Source of the DNA: the human T2T-CHM13v2.0 reference genome, Homo sapiens
Length of the DNA: 64,000 nt
NCBI RefSeq assembly: GCF_009914755.1
Contig: NC_060942.1
Direction: 5' to 3' (one strand)
Below are positions 1-14,745 of the stretch, piece after piece. The translations under genes were made by a program, and so were the position numbers. Under the pieces are notes generated by a model. The model made no database searches, was not told where the DNA came from, and saw nothing but the letters and a program-made list of their open reading frames with translations. Numbering within the stretch: position 1 is the stretch's first letter; each line of letters opens with the position of its first letter.

Positions 1-243
1 GTCCTGAGATTTGTCTTGCAGTGGAGAGAACAAGGAATATGAGGGATAGCATGCTTGTTCCATTGTTCTCACACAGGAGAAAGTTTTGATCTAATTTGAA
101 CATGTGGGGATGAAATATAGTAGTAGTAGGGGCAAAAACATGCAGTTTGAAGCCAGAAACACCAGTATGCAAATGCTGGATTAGCCACATAGTAAATCTT
201 AGATCTTGGGTTTGTTTTTTAACCTCTCTGAGCACTAATCTCC

Positions 244-671
244 TGATATGGTTTGGATGTTTTGTCTCCGCCAAATCTTATGTTGAAATGTGACCTCCAG
301 TGTTAGAGGTAGGCCTAGTGGGAAGTGTTTGTGTCATGGGGGCAGATACCTCAGGAATGGCTTGGTACCATTCCCATGGTAATAAGTGAGTTCTCAATCT
401 CATAGTTCGCCTTGAGATCTAGTTGTTTAAAAGAGACTGGCACCTCCTCCTCTCTCTTTTGGTCCTTCTCTTACCATGTGACATGCTAGCTTCCCTCCCT
501 CTTCCTCCATGATTGTAAGCTTCCTGAGGCCTTCACTAGAAGAAGATGCTATCACCATTCTTCCTGTAAAGCCTGCAGAACAGTGAGCCAAAATAGACCT
601 CTTCTTTTTTTTTTTTACTGTAAATTACCCAGTTACAGGTATTCCTTTATAGTCCTGCAAACAGATTAACA
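244..671 (+). mobile_element. MST-family (MSTB-like) MaLR solo LTR, apparently interrupting a MIR relic
   Basis: Starts TGATATGGTTTGGATG..CCAAATCTTATGTTGAAATGTGA. Contains CCATGATTGTAAGCTTCCTGAGGCC. Ends TAAATTACCCAG..AAACAGATTAACA. MIR-like sequence on both sides (about 140-243 and 672-725). Confidence 0.85.
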
Positions 672-2949
672 CCCCTCATTTGAAAGAATACTTACCTGGT
701 CAGGTTATCTTCATGATTACATGAAGCTTACATGAGCTTAGATATAGAATAACAAAGTATAATAATCAATCATTACATGATAGATATCTCATAAATGTGA
801 GGGTTTTAAAAATTACTTTTACCTTTCACCTCAGCTTTGATTTATATGGTAGTAGCAGACTCTATCTTATAAAAAATGCTAGATTTATTTTGAAGTATCT
901 GTATGACAAAAAGGCAAGTCATCAAAAGCATCCTCCCAACTGGTCAAATAAATTTTGTTATAAATATGCAATTATTTTCAGGCATTAAAATCAAAATATA
1001 ATTTTTTCACAGTGAAAATGATATACGTTATTTTGAAAAATATAATAAATGCCACATATTATGATTTAATTATTTTTAAAAGCATGATTTCTTTTGTGAC
1101 TATAAATACATTAAAAATTAATAGTAGCACACATAAACACAATGTTACTATTAACATCTATTTTTAGAAGTGTCAGTGATTCTTTGTGGTTTCCCTGTCT
1201 TTTTATGAAAGTATCTCCATAAGACACAAAGTTCCTAGGCCTAGCCTTTCAGTTTTTTGACTGTTCCCCCATGTCCCACTTTGTAAATGTTCATTTGCTT
1301 GTAATAGCAATTTATGTCACTGTGCATTATACGGATGGCCTAATTCAAGGCCAGTCATCCAGTGGAGATGTCTTTACTTCGAGGGAAGTTGGTTAATGGT
1401 TGGAACCAGAACATTTTATGTTACCATATCATTGAACTGTATTTTCTACAATGTCTTTTTACTGACTGTGCCTAAAAACATTTCATTATGTCCAATCATA
1501 TATACTCATTCTTATTAGAAGATTATCATTTTCCTTGTAGTTCCACCTGCCCAATGCCAGTGATGCTTCAGGTTTCTTACACTGCCATAAGAAAAGAGTT
1601 GGCTTTAAATAAAAACTCTTATTATTCATCAGGTGTCTGGTGATTTAAATAAATGAAATGTGCCATCCTTCATTGAAAGAGATAGCACTCCTGGTCAGAA
1701 TCTAGTATATGTGGCAGCGGAGGGGGCAAGCTACATGACTTTAGAGGCTCTAAGAGTCTCTCCCAACTCACCTGCATTTTCTTCCTACAGGAAAGTTGAT
1801 TCTTGACATTCCTTGAAAAGATCCCACTGACTTTTACCATTTTCCTTCATTCATCCATTCATTTCTTCTTTCTTTTTTATAAAAGATTTAAAGCAACAAT
1901 CATATTTTATAATTTCTGTTTCACTTTGCCAATTCAAAAATAAATTCTTCAACATTAAAATTAAAGAGAATAACATATAGTGAAGATACAATATATAAGC
2001 AATTACAATAGAAGATTTTTAAAGTTCCAATAGCTATATGAACAAAATGCCACTGGAGTACAAGGAAATGTTGGAGACTTCACTGAGGAAGTCACAGGTG
2101 CACCTGAGAAGGGTAACAACGGTGGTCAACTCAATAAAGAATAAACACTGAAGATAGTCATCCAGTGAATAGAAATTGGAAAGAAAGGGTGAGAGATCTT
2201 AGCATGTTCAAATGCGGGCAAATAGGCTTAAGTAGGGTTAGCAGCTCTGTGGAATGAGAATGTAAAGGCTATGTGGTATGCTAGTGCCTTGTGGAATCAA
2301 AGATGGACTGAGGCTCAGGGGGAAAGAGTGAGTTATAGTTGGGTGAAGCTTTACATTGTAAAGCTTTACATTGTAACTATTATCATATATTGATAGCAGT
2401 AAATGTTAATGCATTTTTGGAACAATAATATTTTTATAAGTACCAAAGTTCTTATGAAATAATTTTGTATGAGCAAAACAATGGAATGATTAAAATAATT
2501 ATTTATATGTGTAAATAATGTACTGTACTATCCTGGCCTCCATTTCCACCCTCTCCACCCCCCACTCTTTTCATCAATCTATAAAAACATTAAGTTGATT
2601 GTTTCCATCAAAACTGATAATATGGTGCTAGTATCATTAACTGTCACTAATCTGCCCTATTCATTTTTTATACTATCAAATCCCTGTCCTGAAAGATTGG
2701 CTCCAGATTATGTGTTGAAAAAATAAATCAACCTTCCTGTCGAACTCCCTTCAAAATATATTGGGCTTATATCTAAAATCGCCATAGCTTAAAATCATTT
2801 ATTCATTTAATTATTGAGAGGTAAAGTTTGTATGAAATTTACCACAAATGATTCACCAAGATATATTACCTAAATTACAGATTTTATGGATACATGCTTG
2901 TGATTTTCTGAGGGCCAGAGTGACTTACTTCGAAAATTTTCCTACTTAT

Positions 2950-3373
2950 CCATCAACAGTGGATTAGATAAAGAAAATATGGTACATATACACTATGGAA
3001 TACTATGCAGCCATTAAAAAGGAATAAAATCATATCCTTTGCAGCAACATGGATGGAGCTGGAGGCCATTATCCTAAGTGAATTAATGTAGAAAGAGATA
3101 ATGAAATGCTGCATGTTCTCACTTATAAGTGGGAGCAAAACAATGGGGATGCAGAGACATATAGATGGAAACAACAGACACTGGAGACTCCAAAAGGAGG
3201 AAGAGAAGGAAGAGGGCAAGGATTGGAAAACTACATATTTGGTACTATGTTCTCTGTTTTGATATGGGTTCAGTAGAAGCCTGAACCCCACCATTATACA
3301 ATATATCCATGTAAGAAAACTGCACATGTACAACCTGAATCTAAAATAAAAATAAAACATAATAAAAAATAAA
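2950..3373 (+). mobile_element. 5'-truncated L1 3' end (L1PA13-16/L1PB-like)
   Basis: ATAAAGAAAATATGGTACATATACACTATGGAATACTATGCAGCC..ATGTTCTCACTTATAAGTGGGAGC..CTGCACATGTAC, then an A-rich tail. Confidence 0.9.
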
Positions 3374-4049
3374 ATTTTTGAGATCTCTTTCGATTGCATT
3401 TAATTTTAAGGTCTATATAATGGCCCTTTTTTGTGTGAATTGGAACTAGCACAGTATAACTTATGAGAAAATCATAGTTCTTCTAGATTCTTTCTAGGTC
3501 TTTGAGAAATGAACTGACAGTCTTATTTTATTTGTGAATTCTGTATCTAGTAGAATATTCATCTATGCCTTTCCTAAATTTCTACTTGTAGCACAGATAT
3601 ACATTTGTTACTCTTTCCAAGAAGTTTTACAAATTCTCCCTGTACATATCTCAGAATACCAAGTTTACACATTGTTTATTTTTATTATATTTAATTATTT
3701 ACCTTATTTAATATATATGTTTATTTTTATTTTATTGCCCCTAAACCTAACTCTAAATCTAATACTTATTTCCTTATAAATTCTACAGGCTGCCTAAAAT
3801 CTACTTTGTGGGGAGATGGCATGAAAGTAAATAAACACAGGGAAAATCCTGTTCTCCACCTAGCACTAAGTGTAACTCTCTCTCTTTGCATTTTATAGAT
3901 GAGGCATTGAGAGAAGGGAGCAAACTTAATTGTGGATGCTGCCTAACCAGAATTGCAGTTGGGTGCTGTAGGGTAACAGAAAGGCAGGTGATTATCAGTT
4001 GCCAATGTGGCTACGAAGCTCTGTGTTCTATGTATGAGCAGTGCTGCAT

Positions 4050-4052
<3 letters not shown>

Positions 4053-4091
<39 letters not shown>

Positions 4092-4093
4092 AT
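4053..4093. repeat. (TAAA)n microsatellite, about 10 units
   Basis: Read directly. Confidence 0.95.
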
Positions 4094-5134
4094 GCAATAA
4101 TGATAACAGACAGGAGAAAAAAAATTATAGCCAACCATGGAAAAAAAAAAGTACTACCTGTGTTCAGCAGAATCAGGACAGCGAATATGGCTTGCCATCC
4201 ACCAGAGAATACTGGGAGTTTAACAATTAAAGTCTGCTTCTCTAGAGACTGGAGGCTGTGTCTCCCTGCACATTGCTAGTAAAGTGTAATTCATTTTACC
4301 TCGCCCCCACCTTTAGAAATCAAAGTTCAAGCATCCGTATCAGATGCGTTTGAAAGGCGAGGGCTTCTCTCCCCTTGCAGAGCTGTGTCTCCTCTTCAGG
4401 GAGCATTCTCCTGTTCTGTTAATTATTGTGCTTCGATGACATTATTATTCATGGACCAACCTCTCAAAATACTTGACTTAGCACTGGGCCTGGAACTAAT
4501 ACTAATAAGTACAAGAGGAGTGGTGGGTGCGGGTTTTTCTTTTTCTTTTTTTTTCTTCTTTTCTGTTCTATACACAAAGAAAGAAAACACTTATGTTCAA
4601 AATTCAACTTTCTTACACTTTTAAACAGAATTTATTTATTGACTCAATAGGGGCAGTGTCACAGGGAAGAAATGTAAAAACCCAATTCCAGATTTCTACA
4701 GACCATCAACAGAGGAAGCAGAGGAATAAAAGACTCATTTAATTTGTTATGGCTTTAATACAACTTACAAAAATATTTATTTTTGGGGTCATGGAATCTT
4801 TGTTCACTGCTATGGAGTCAGTGATTATAAACATGGAGCTCTGTTGGTAAAAGGCATTTTGATATTTGAGGTAATGTTATAATATAATGACTTTTTTTAA
4901 TCAAACATACTAAAACATATCCATTTGAAAAAAAAAACTAGTCCTCCTCAAAGTAGCCAACATGAAAAGCTATTTTGTTTTAAGAGATATATTTCTAATT
5001 ATCAGGTGTAAACAACAACAGCATCAACAAACCAATGAGCAGTATTCACAAGAAATAGGGGTTTGTTTTTTATTCATAACAGAAAATCTGCTGATATTGA
5101 TTCACCTGCTCTGTAATAATAAAAACAAAGTCAT

Positions 5135-5410
5135 TTTCTATTTTTTGCTCTGCTACCATGATCAGATCACACCACAGCATTTGACTATTATTTGTTGCCC
5201 AAGGTCACATGATGGCTGACTCACCTTCAGTTGTACATTTATATACAATGCAGAGAAGGAAGGAAGGAGCTAGGGCCAGCATGATTTCTCTTGTGTCTTT
5301 TCTTTTATTATCCGAAATTAAAAGAAGACTACCAGTCATCTATTCTTCCACCTCCTTGTCAGAAACTAGACCTCATGCCTGTCCTAGCTGCAAAAGAGGT
5401 TAGAGGACCA
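5135..5410 (-). mobile_element. Old MaLR LTR fragment (MLT1J/K/L-like)
   Basis: GGTCACATGATGGCTG..CATGCCTGTCCTAGCTGCAAAAGAGGTTAG resembles antisense MLT1J-L motifs. Confidence 0.45.
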
Positions 5411-6746
5411 GCCACAGTGCATGACTTTATATTTCCCATTGTGGGAAGTGAGCAAGGGAGAAGGAGGCTGAGATTGTAAGTGATGCTGGCCAAAGAAAAG
5501 TACCTGCCATAGCATAAAGTTATTCTTACAAGTTTCCATTATTTAAAACTCTTCTTTGTTAACTGACTTTATTTTGAAACCAAGTTTCTTTGGAGTGGAG
5601 GTCATGACTACCTTTTTTTTTTTTACATTGTATTATTTAGATCCTACCCTAGTCTCTCACTCACAATATGGGTATTGAATGAATGAATTTGTGAGTGGAT
5701 AAATAAACTGACAATTTCTCCACTAGATACCTCCCTGTAGGTGTGTTGTGTGTCACTCTCAAGCAAAGGGGAGTGGATAATGGGGAAATTATAAACTGGT
5801 AGCTGAAAATGTGCAGCAGAGAGAATTTTGAACAAAATTTCTTTTTAAGTTGATAGGGTGCAGTGAGCCATTGTGGACTGATAATCTAAGATGGATTAAA
5901 CAAGCCAAGAAAGCTGGTGCCACCCATACCTTCCCTGGGTCCCCACAATCTGCAGACTAAGTAAGTCTGCTTATCACAATTATAGCCTGGAACTGACCCT
6001 GGAGGCCTGATCAGTCTGTCCCACAACTGATCTCTCCCCTTGTCATTACTGCTCTGTCTTCCTGATGGCCCCTTGGTACTGCTTAGTCTCCAGGTCTGAA
6101 TACTGGCAGTTCCAGCTGAGTGGAAAGTTTTCTATAAAACTCAATTAGTTTTTCATTAATTCCTTTTTTAATAAAGATTTTTTATGATCCTTCCATCTAA
6201 TACTTATAAGCTACATGTCAATCTCCAAAACAATACCTCCATCACTGAAATTGCTTGAGCTGCCGGTGCGTTTATTGAAACTCCTGGCTTTCAAGGAGTT
6301 TTCAGTGAATTAAATCTTAAAAACTGAAGGCTGCAGTTGCCTTTGCATTCTGTGTCTGGGAAGCATTCTGGATGGTGTTCCTGAAACATCTTGCTTAACT
6401 GAACATCTGTGGCATGATGGGTAAAGACAGTGAATGTGAATAAAAGAGGGAGTATGACTAAAATTCTCCTGAAACAATAATTCCACCACCAGTAATTTTA
6501 AAAAGATAGATGGACTGATTTACCTCTGTTCCTGGATTTGTAGTTATTTTCTACCCTTCAACTTTTACTTCCTCTAACTTTATGTTACTCCCGCCACCAC
6601 ACCACCCCGCCTTACCTATTTTCTAAAGTTCACCAATGCTTCTTCCCCCACTGTCTAAACAAATTATTTAAATTAGTATTGCATGTTATACATTTAAAAC
6701 TGTCATATTGAGGTTAATCATTTGAGTAATACTACGAATCAAACTA

Positions 6747-7101
<355 letters not shown>

Positions 7102-7178
7102 TTAAATATGATCAAGCAAGCAGTGAAGCCAAGCTAAGACCTGGATTTCCTTTGTCTTAACTAATGCTTTTTCCCTCA

Positions 7179-7320
7179 AAGTTGACTCTTGAACAAAACA
7201 GGTTTGAACTGCATGGGTTCACTTATAATTCCTGGATTTTTTTCCATTTTTTGCCACCCTGAAAACAAGACCAACCCCTCGTCTTCCTCCTCCTCTTCAG
7301 CCTACTCAACATGATGAAGG
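7179..7320 (+). mobile_element. Tigger2a-like DNA transposon, one end only
   Basis: AGTTGACTCTTGAACAAAACAGGTTTGAACTGCATGGGTTCACTTATA..AAGACCAACCCCTCGTCTTCCTCCTCCTCTTCAGCCTACTCAAC matches the Tigger2a terminus. It stops abruptly. Confidence 0.8.
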
Positions 7321-8972
7321 TGTTATAGAACCCTCTTTTATCATATTATCAGAATTACTTTTCTGGTTCCTTCTTATTTGGGTGGAGTATTTCAGTGGAG
7401 AGGCCTGGATCTCAAGCCCTGCTGCTCAGATTCTCTTTTCCCACAGGGTGATCCCTGGCTGTGGTGCTCTCCCCCTTCCTGAGAGCTTCCTGAGAGATGG
7501 AGCTTCCTGAGAGATGGAGCTTCCTAAGAGCCAGAATGCAGTTAATGTTATTGTTCTTCTGGGTCTAGCCACCCAACAAGGCTACCGGGCTCTGGGTTGG
7601 TGCTGGGGAATGTCTGCAAAGAGTCCTGTGATGTGTTCTCTTCTCAGGTCTCTCAGCCACAGATGCCAGCACCTGACTGGTGAAGGTAGCAGAGGAGTGA
7701 GGTAGACTCTGTGAGAGTCCTCAGTTGTAGATATGTTTAGTGTGCTGGCTTTCTCAAATGCTGGTTATGTTAGCAGTGAAGTCATCATGTGAACATACTC
7801 AGGGCCTCTGATTAGCCAGGGTATTGCAGGAGGTGGAATTAGGTGCTGTCTTCTCCTTCCTGAGACCGGGGTTATTCTGTTGTCAGTTGCTGTATTGGCC
7901 TGAGTTGGCTGGCCTCCACCTAGTAGGTGGCACTTTCAAGAGTGCACCAGCTGCGGTAGTAAGGTAGTAAGTATTTCGGTTTCTCAGATATGTGGGCCCT
8001 TAAAGCTCCCAAGAACCTCTCTTTTGTGTTTGGTGCCAGGTTGGATAGATAAATACCATCAGGTGAAGGCAGGGTTAGGTAGGTCTGGGCTCAGACTCTC
8101 TTTGGGAGGGGCTTGCCATGGCCACTGTTAGGGATGAGAGTGTGGTTCTCAGGCCAATGGGTTATGTTCCAGAGGGGATCTTGACTGCCTCTGCTGTGTC
8201 ATATTGTTCACTGGGGAAGTGGGGGATACCCAGTAGCAAGAGGCCTTACCCAGCTCCCATGCAAGAGGCCTCACCAAATGGTGAGGCTGGTCTTGCTCCT
8301 GCAGTGCCCAGCTCAGACCTTGCCCCAAGCTGTGACCTTCCCCACTGAGAAAGCAAGCATGGCTTTTAGACCTCACCCGACCCCATCTGCCCACTCTATC
8401 AGTGGCTCCTGCACTCATATCTGTAGAAGCTCCTTCTTGTCCCTAGAATCTGCTCAAGAAAATGCATGCCCAGTCAAAACCACTACCAATTTCAGTTGGG
8501 AGAGGCCTTTGCCTCATGACCCCTACCCAATTCTGCTGGCTGCCTTCCCAAGGGTCCAGTGAGATGTAATCAGAGATGGCTTCCCTGGGCTCAAGCTGGA
8601 GACAGGGAGTGCAAGGCACTTCCCACTGCTGCTCTACCTTTATATTTGTGTGACTCTCTAAATATATTTCAGCTCTAGGGAAGGTTAAATCCTTCTCCCT
8701 TGGTCTGGATTTTCAGATTCCCCAGCAGGGACGTGTGTTCAGAGGCATATTTTCCCCTCTCACACTTTGGGAACTCACAGTTTTTTACCTGTTTTGTGAA
8801 ATTTGCAGTGGCATGTCACTTCTTCCAAAGGATTTGCTAATTCTTTTGGTTTTCCTGGTATGTTCCTGCAGTGGTTTTTCGAGCAAAAGATCACAATGTG
8901 AGTTTCCACAGGCTGTTCTGTCTGCCCAAGTGGGAGCTGCACATTAGCTTTGTCCCCTATCCACCATCTTGT
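7321..8972 (-). mobile_element. L1 5' UTR region (L1PB/L1PBa-like), 3' part absent
   Basis: GC-richer block ending CCACCATCTTG, the reverse complement of the L1 5'-terminal CAAGATGG YY1-type motif. Typical antisense L1PB 5' sequence (TTCTGGTTCCTTCTTATTTGGGT..CTGGGTCTAGCCACCCA). Confidence 0.75.
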
Positions 8973-9202
8973 TCCTAATTCTTTCTCCTTTTTAATGTCC
9001 CTTTTAATACCTTCTTTAGTTATAATTGTGCATTCTATATGATTCTATTTTATACCTTAAGCATAGCATTTATAGTTTAAAAAAGACACCTATTTAGTGG
9101 TTTTTCTAGAGTTTATAGCACACACTTTAACTAATTTTACCTTCTGTTAATATTACACTGTCGTGTAAGCATATGATAATATTATTTTCCACTTCTCTCT
9201 CT

Positions 9203-9323
9203 TATCTGTAGAAGCTCCTTCTTGTCCCCAGAATCTGCTCAAGAAAATTCATGCCCAGTCAAAACCACTACCAATTTCAGTTGGGAGCGTCCTTTGCCTC
9301 ATGACCCCTACCCTATTCTGCTG
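9203..9323 (+). repeat. 121-bp direct copy of 8418-8538
   Basis: Offset 785, 5 substitutions and no indels by hand alignment. Flanked by CTTCTCTCTCTT at 9192-9203 and 9330-9341. Confidence 0.95.
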
Positions 9324-9879
9324 TCTCTTCTTCTCTCTCTTGTCTCTTCTGACATGATTATCATTAGTTTCACTTATGTATATGCTACAAACACCCAATG
9401 TATTATTGTTATCATTGCTTTAAAGAGGTGGTTATCTTTTAAGTTAATTAAAGTTTAGAAAAATAGTTTATCTTTATTTACTTTCCTCTCTAACAGTCTT
9501 CCTTTCTTTATATAAATGCCAGTTTTTGACATATGTTAGTTTCCATTCCTCTGAAGAACTTTTAACATTTCTTGCAAGGAAGGTCTAGTGGCAATGAATT
9601 TTCTTAGATTTTTATCTGAGAAATAAATAGTTTATTTGAGAAAGTCCTTATTTCTCTTTCACTTTTATGAAATGATTTGACTACATATAGAGTTGTAGGC
9701 TGGCTTTTTTTATTTTTCTTCTGACAGTATAAAGATTTAGCTACACTCTCTGCTTGCATGGTTTCAGATGTAATTATTTTCTTTTTCCTCTGGGTAAGGT
9801 GTTTAACTATTTTGACTGCCTTCAAGATTTTCGTTTTGTGTTTGGTTTTCCAAATTTAGAATACAGTATGTCTAAAGGA

Positions 9880-9921
9880 GTGTGTGTGTGTGTTTCTGTG
9901 TGTGTGTGTGTGTGTGTGTGT
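9880..9921. repeat. (TG)n microsatellite, interrupted
   Basis: Read directly. Confidence 0.95.
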
Positions 9922-10248
9922 ATTTTTTTAATTCTCCTGATTGGTGTTCTTTAAGCTAATTGGGTCTGTCGTTGGATGTCAGTCATTAATTTCCTAATGT
10001 TCTTGGCCAGTATTATTTTGGATATTTATTTTGCCCTGTTTTTTTTTCTCTTTCTTGTTATTCTGATTATTCATATGTCATATATTTCAATACTGTCTCA
10101 TAGTTCTTTTATATTATGTTCATTTTATTCTCTTTTTGGCATCAGACTGGGAAGTCTCTATTGACCTATATCCTTCAGTTTACTGATTATTTCTTCAGTT
10201 GTGTCAAATCTACTGATGAGTTTGTGAAAAACATTTTTTATTTCTGTT

Positions 10249-10250
<2 letters not shown>

Positions 10251-10281
<31 letters not shown>
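10251..10281. repeat. (TG)n microsatellite, about 15 units
   Basis: Read directly. Confidence 0.95.
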
Positions 10282-10283
<2 letters not shown>

Positions 10284-11825
10284 CCTAGCAATTTCTTTTG
10301 ATTTATTTTTATAATCCTTCTCTCTACTGTCATCCCTCTGGACTTGAGTGTTGTCTACTTTGTTTTTCAGTAAAGCATCTGATATATTAATAATTGCTAT
10401 TTTAAATTTATTGTCTGATAACTTCAACATTTTTATCATATCTTAATTTGGTTCTGATGATTTCTATGTGTGGTCAAACTATGTATTTGATTACTTTTTG
10501 ATTTGTTTATTTGTTTGTTTAAATCTTAACATCTAAAGGGAGTAAGTATTGAGCTATGTAGGTGTTCAGTGTGAATATATATATTTCTCTGTATATAAGT
10601 TGGGCTGTGTATATTGTTTCTTGTAGTTACAGGCACCAAAATCTTCAAATTCCACTAGTGAACTTGCATTGTTTTCTCTTTTTGTCTTCAGGGCTTCCTT
10701 TATACTGCTTCTCAGAAAGAAGCTATGTCTTGAAGCTCTCAGATGTGATCCAAGTGAAGGCTTCTTAGTATCACCACGCTAACAAAGGCATCCATTGAGA
10801 GGTGATGGTGGGATGTTTACCAATTTTCTGATTCCAAGTATGGGTGCACAGTGGTCCTGTGTCTTGGGGATGTGGCCTTCCCAAGTGTTTCTGTTTCTCT
10901 CTTCAATTCTCCCACCCTACCCCCATTCCCTTTCCTGACTGCAGAGTTCCCAATCTCATTTCTTGACTCTTTCTTCCCTAATGATTGGGCTTGTTTGCTC
11001 TTTTAGTTGAGATACAAAGATTAGAGGAAGGCCTGGAATGGGGCAGAGTTGCCTTCCGTAGATGAGATTTTAGTATTTCCCTCTGGCAAAGTCCTTCTTC
11101 CTAAAGGTTAAGTCCTTATAAGGGAGAATCATCTGGGGATGGGTGGTGTTTCACAATGGCTTCTGTTCCACTTCTCTGTGGGCATCACACAGTGGGTTTG
11201 TTTGGATCCTCCCTGCAAAAGTCTGGAATATATCCTGAAGCAAAAGCATAGAAAATTGAGCTCCCTCTGTCCCCTACCAAAAAACAAACAAACAAAACTC
11301 TACAGATTCCAGGAGCTTCTTTCATGCCAGTCCACACTTAGATTACAGCAATTTACCCAATTTATTAATTCTATGTTCTACAAGTTTATGGCATCTGGCA
11401 GCTTTTGCGCTAGGTAAGCAAATCTCAGATCCTGTACTCTCTGGAGGCAACTTCTCTCCAAATTGTGGAGTGACAGTTTGCCCCATGACCTCAGTTATCT
11501 GAGAGGTCCAAGAAAACCTGTTGAACTTTTTCTTGTTGTAAGGATGGAAATGATGAGTAAATGTTGAACATAAAACTGAAAGTCTGGGCATGTATTTCTT
11601 AATAATCTAATGCATGTAATTTTTTTTCATATTATTAGTAGGTAGTTTAAACTTAAATTCAGTGCCCTTAATGGATATTGATGTGCGCCTTTGTTAAATT
11701 GCATGGTGATTTTTTTTGGTAAAATTTCCAACATGCACGTAAAAATTATTAACTTTCTGGTTAGGTAAAGTGTAGAGTGACACATACTGTGTAAGTCATA
11801 TATGTCATGCATATATTACATTATA

Positions 11826-11900
11826 TGTGTGTGCACATGTACATATGACATGTGTGTATATATGTGTGTGTATGTATGTGTGTGTCTGTGTGTGTGTATA
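11826..11900. repeat. Degenerate (TG)/(TATG) repeat
   Basis: Read directly. Confidence 0.8.
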
Positions 11901-11919
11901 CTGTATATAATTCCTAACA

Positions 11920-13935
<2,016 letters not shown>

Positions 13936-14271
13936 GTAAATATGATGTTAACAGATTGTATAATAGAAAGCAAAAAGATTAAAAACCCAGAAATAAACAA
14001 AAAATGTGTAAATATATACAAAATAATTTAATGCTAAAAAACAGAAAAGTAGACTTGAAAAAATGGAAAAGTATTCTCTACTCTCAGCTAGGATGATTTA
14101 ACATTATAAAAATGTCAATTATTTCTAATTAATTTATAAAATTAAATACAACTTTAATTAGAAATGCCAATAAAATATTATATGGACTTAGAAATGCTGA
14201 CATTAAAATTCATATGGAAAAAAGTATGCATGAGTAGCTAGGAAAACACTGAAAATAAAAACTGTAAGAGT

Positions 14272-14745
14272 TGTATTACTTTCTTATGGCTGCTGTAAAA
14301 TAATAATAATAATAATTACAAACTAGATGTCTTAAAACAATGAAAATTTATTCTTTTAAAGTTCTGAAGGCCATAGGTCTGAAATCCAGACATCAACAGG
14401 GGATGTACTCCCCAGGTGGCTCTGAGAATTAGATCCTTTACTCTTCCAACTTTTGTTGACTGTCAGAATTCTATGATGTGTGGAGCAATCTTTCTGCATC
14501 ACCCTCTTCTCTGTGTGTCTGTTTCACAACTCTCTCTCCTGGTCTCTTACAAAAATACATGTATTACCATTTAGGGCTCACCCAGGTAGGCGAGTGTAAA
14601 TTCTTCCTTTCAAGCTCTTTAACTTAATTGCATCTTTTGTCACATAATGCAATATTCAGTGTTGTCCACAGAAGATGGTATTCACAGGTTCAAAGGATTA
14701 GAACATAAGTACATCTTTTAGGAGGCCACCATTTAGCCTATTACA
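14272..14745 (-). mobile_element. MLT1B/C-like MaLR solo LTR inserted in L1MC
   Basis: TGTATTACTTTCTTATGGCTGCTGTAA..TTAAAACAATGAAAATTTATTC..ATTCACAGGTTC..CCATTTAGCCTATTACA. Confidence 0.85.

Larger units (their letters stand above)
8975..11585 (-). mobile_element. Old L1M (L1MD/L1M4-like) 5' UTR plus decayed ORF1
   Basis: Minus ORFs 10158-10439 (MLKLSDNKFKIAIINI..) and 9604-9825 (ETMQA..QPTTLY..SEREIRTFSNK) resemble the L1 ORF1p coiled coil and C-terminal domain. 5'-end motif TTTTCTTGTTGTAAGGATGG near 11530. Confidence 0.75.
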
